Positions 41,962 to 43,606 of a stretch of DNA of 43,606 bases are shown here, piece by piece; positions within the stretch are counted from its first letter, which is position 1, and each line of letters begins with the position of its first letter. The DNA comes from Polyangiales bacterium (GTDB taxonomy: Bacteria; Myxococcota_A; Polyangia; Polyangiales; Houyiibacteriaceae), in assembly GCA_048550275.1 (NCBI GenBank), contig JBLYYU010000248.1, positions 1 to 43,606 of the forward strand, written 5' to 3'. The position numbers and the translations under genes are program-made. The notes beneath the pieces are model-generated. The model saw only the letters and a program-made list of their open reading frames with translations. It had not been told where the DNA came from and ran no database searches.

Positions 41962-43606
41962 CTACGGCCGAGCAATGCTAGGCGAGCCGCCCATCGCCTC
42001 GATCGAATCGACGAGAAGCTGCTTGATGTAGGCCCCGTTGTGGATGTAGCCGCCTGGATCCTTGTCCGCGACGACGAAGTTGTAGGCCGCCGTCAGCATG
42101 TCGAAGTCGAAGTCCAGGTACCGGTTCGGGTAGATCGCCGGCACACCAGCCTTGAACCAGTACGGGTAGGAGCCGCCGTCATACTGCACCGGCGAGTCCT
42201 TGGGAAGCCCCGTCGCGGGGTTGCCCGTATTGGCGTACGCCTGGATCGCCGCCAGCAGCTCGCCCTTCAACGTCTGGATGTCGCTGAAGTTGTTGGTGGG
42301 CGAGCCGCTCATCGTCGGGAAGGTGCTCCCCACGTGGCAGGTATTGCAGTCCGCCACCTTCGGAAGGAAGGTGTGCTTCTTGGCCTCGTCTTCGTCCGCG
42401 TTCATGTGGCAGCCGATGCAATCGACCAGCCCGACCGCGTCTGGCAGGTTCGTGTGAACGCCGAACGGGTTCAGACCGCGGTACGTCTCTCCTTCATACT
42501 GGTACCCACCTCGTACGTCGTTGCCGAAGAGCGTTGCCCCCGCGGCGTAGTAGTGGATGTTGATGAAGCTGTAAGAGTCGTAGACGACGTTCTCGCCGTT
42601 TGGCGTTGCGTCGTTCACGTCGTCCGTCGAGGACCGACCCGGGTGACAGCTCATGCAGATGTTGCTGTTGGTCTCGAGGTTGGCGGTCTCGCCCGACGGG
42701 AACTCTACGTCGTCGAGGGCGGGGTTCGTCGTCAGATCGTCCCATCGCGTCTCGGAGTTCGAGTAGAGATTGAACTGATTGTGACACGAGGTGCAGTCGA
42801 CCGTGGACAAGGGAAGGTGCGCGGTCGTCGATTGCCCCTGGGCAAACTCGGCGAAGCCGTTGGTGTTGTGGCACTTCGAGCATGCGCCCGAGACCTCACC
42901 GTCCTCGTCCCAGTGACGGAACACTTCCGAGGCCGCGTCGCCGTGACCGCTGATCTGCCACTGCTGCGTCGGCGTTGCCGTCCCGATGGCCGAGCCGTTC
43001 GCTGCCAGATCGCCGCGACCGATTACACCGACAGTGGGCGTGCCTCCGAGATCGACGATCGAATCGTAAGCGATTTGCTGCAGGTACGTACCATTGTGGA
43101 TGAACCCAGCGGGGTCCTTCTGGGTGACCTGGTAGTTGTAAGCAGCTGCGAGAAGAGCGTCATCGAACTCATCGTACCGGTTCGGGTACGCAGCGGGTCC
43201 GCCTTCCTTGAAGAAGTAGGGATACGCTTCGGCATAGAAGATGCCGGTTCCAATCACGTTGGTCGCATAGGACTGAATCTGCGCGTAGAGCTCGGGGACG
43301 AGAGCCTCGATGTTGGCGAGGCTCTGTGCGGGCGAGCCTTGAAGGGTCTCGAAGCTGTCGCCGCCGTGGCAGCCAACGCAGGAATCCAGAGCTGGTTCCC
43401 AGGTATGCGGTTCGCCGGCTTCGGCGTTCTGCATGTGGCAGCCCTCACAGGTGGAGAAGTCGTCGGGATGCGAAGGGAAGGTGTTCCTCGGCCGGTAGTC
43501 GAAGCCCTCGTATTCGTACCCCGCCGTCGATTCGCCGCCGTATAGAGAGGCCGCAGCGGCGTAGTAGTGGATGTTGATGAACGTGTGCTGGTCGTTCGCG
43601 TCAATC
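41962..43606 (-). CDS. Multiheme cytochrome c with an internal tandem repeat, 5'-truncated by the window edge
   Basis: The reading frame is open from the window end. My translation upstream of the track's first Met is IDANDQHTFINIHYYAAAASLYGGESTAGYEYEGFDYRPRNTFPSHPDDFSTCEGCHM. Seven CXXCH motifs are visible. The block INIHYYAA...CxGCHM...CxxCH...YPY(F/W)FK...YPNRY...DP(A/G)G(F/Y)IHNG occurs twice. Confidence 0.75.
   Translation of the reverse strand, partial: IDANDQHTFINIHYYAAAASLYGGESTAGYEYEGFDYRPRNTFPSHPDDFSTCEGCHMQNAEAGEPHTWEPALDSCVGCHGGDSFETLQGSPAQSLANIEALVPELYAQIQSYATNVIGTGIFYAEAYPYFFKEGGPAAYPNRYDEFDDALLAAAYNYQVTQKDPAGFIHNGTYLQQIAYDSIVDLGGTPTVGVIGRGDLAANGSAIGTATPTQQWQISGHGDAASEVFRHWDEDGEVSGACSKCHNTNGFAEFAQGQSTTAHLPLSTVDCTSCHNQFNLYSNSETRWDDLTTNPALDDVEFPSGETANLETNSNICMSCHPGRSSTDDVNDATPNGENVVYDSYSFINIHYYAAGATLFGNDVRGGYQYEGETYRGLNPFGVHTNLPDAVGLVDCIGCHMNADEDEAKKHTFLPKVADCNTCHVGSTFPTMSGSPTNNFSDIQTLKGELLAAIQAYANTGNPATGLPKDSPVQYDGGSYPYWFKAGVPAIYPNRYLDFDFDMLTAAYNFVVADKDPGGYIHNGAYIKQLLVDSIEAMGGSPSIARP

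Noticed and set aside
41515-43545. 676-aa plus-strand ORF, the longest unexplained ORF near the window end.
   Set aside because: It lies antisense to the multiheme cytochrome genes, whose CXXCH motifs, lipobox and internal repeats give strong coding evidence. Its product is Arg/Val/Gly-rich with no motifs. It is a typical high-GC shadow ORF.

Overview
This is a high-GC bacterial chromosomal window of 43.6 kb. It probably comes from a Gram-negative organism, because it has many lipobox lipoproteins and a candidate outer-membrane barrel. A Myxococcota-like origin is only a guess. The ORF track is full of long, Arg/Ala/Pro-rich shadow ORFs typical of high-GC DNA. I called about 40 real genes from recognisable motifs, export signals, start/stop coupling and Shine-Dalgarno sequences.

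Layout:
- 1-2.5 kb: a degenerate glutamine amidotransferase-like gene, a tandem gamma-glutamylcyclotransferase gene and a hypothetical gene.
- 2.5-8.7 kb: a seven-gene SUF Fe-S operon (rrf2-sufBCDSU-sufT) on the minus strand.
- 8.7-11.9 kb: a PNPOx-family gene, a tandem USP gene and a second cysteine desulfurase plus an IscA/HesB gene.
- 11.9-17.7 kb: two paralogous Cys-rich lipoproteins interleaved with a BASS transporter, a DAHP synthase and an LLM oxidoreductase.
- 17.8-29.3 kb: ten co-directional plus-strand genes. In order they are a PEP-utilising phosphotransferase-like enzyme, DUF1015, an MDR oxidoreductase, an acyl-CoA dehydrogenase, a GH3 lipoprotein, an alpha/beta hydrolase, an ATP-grasp-like protein, a small membrane protein and a fatty-acid hydroxylase/sterol desaturase-like protein.
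- 29.3-29.8 kb: a structure-rich 452-bp convergent gap carrying a 23-nt perfect inverted repeat.
- 29.8-33.8 kb: an enolase-superfamily gene, TrpB2 and an APC permease.
- 33.8 kb to the window end: a dense multiheme cytochrome c island.

The cytochrome island is the most interesting part. By my count it has 61 CXXCH motifs, one CX4CH and one CX3CH in six genes. It contains a NapC/NirT-like membrane cytochrome with a small membrane partner. It also has a translationally coupled trio of a predicted beta-barrel, a 13-heme lipoprotein and a 23-heme exported protein. A convergent operon adds three more multiheme proteins, the last of which runs off the window. I read the island as a candidate porin-cytochrome-type extracellular or trans-envelope electron transfer system with a non-canonical parts list.

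I saw no rRNA, tRNA, CRISPR array, transposase or integrase.
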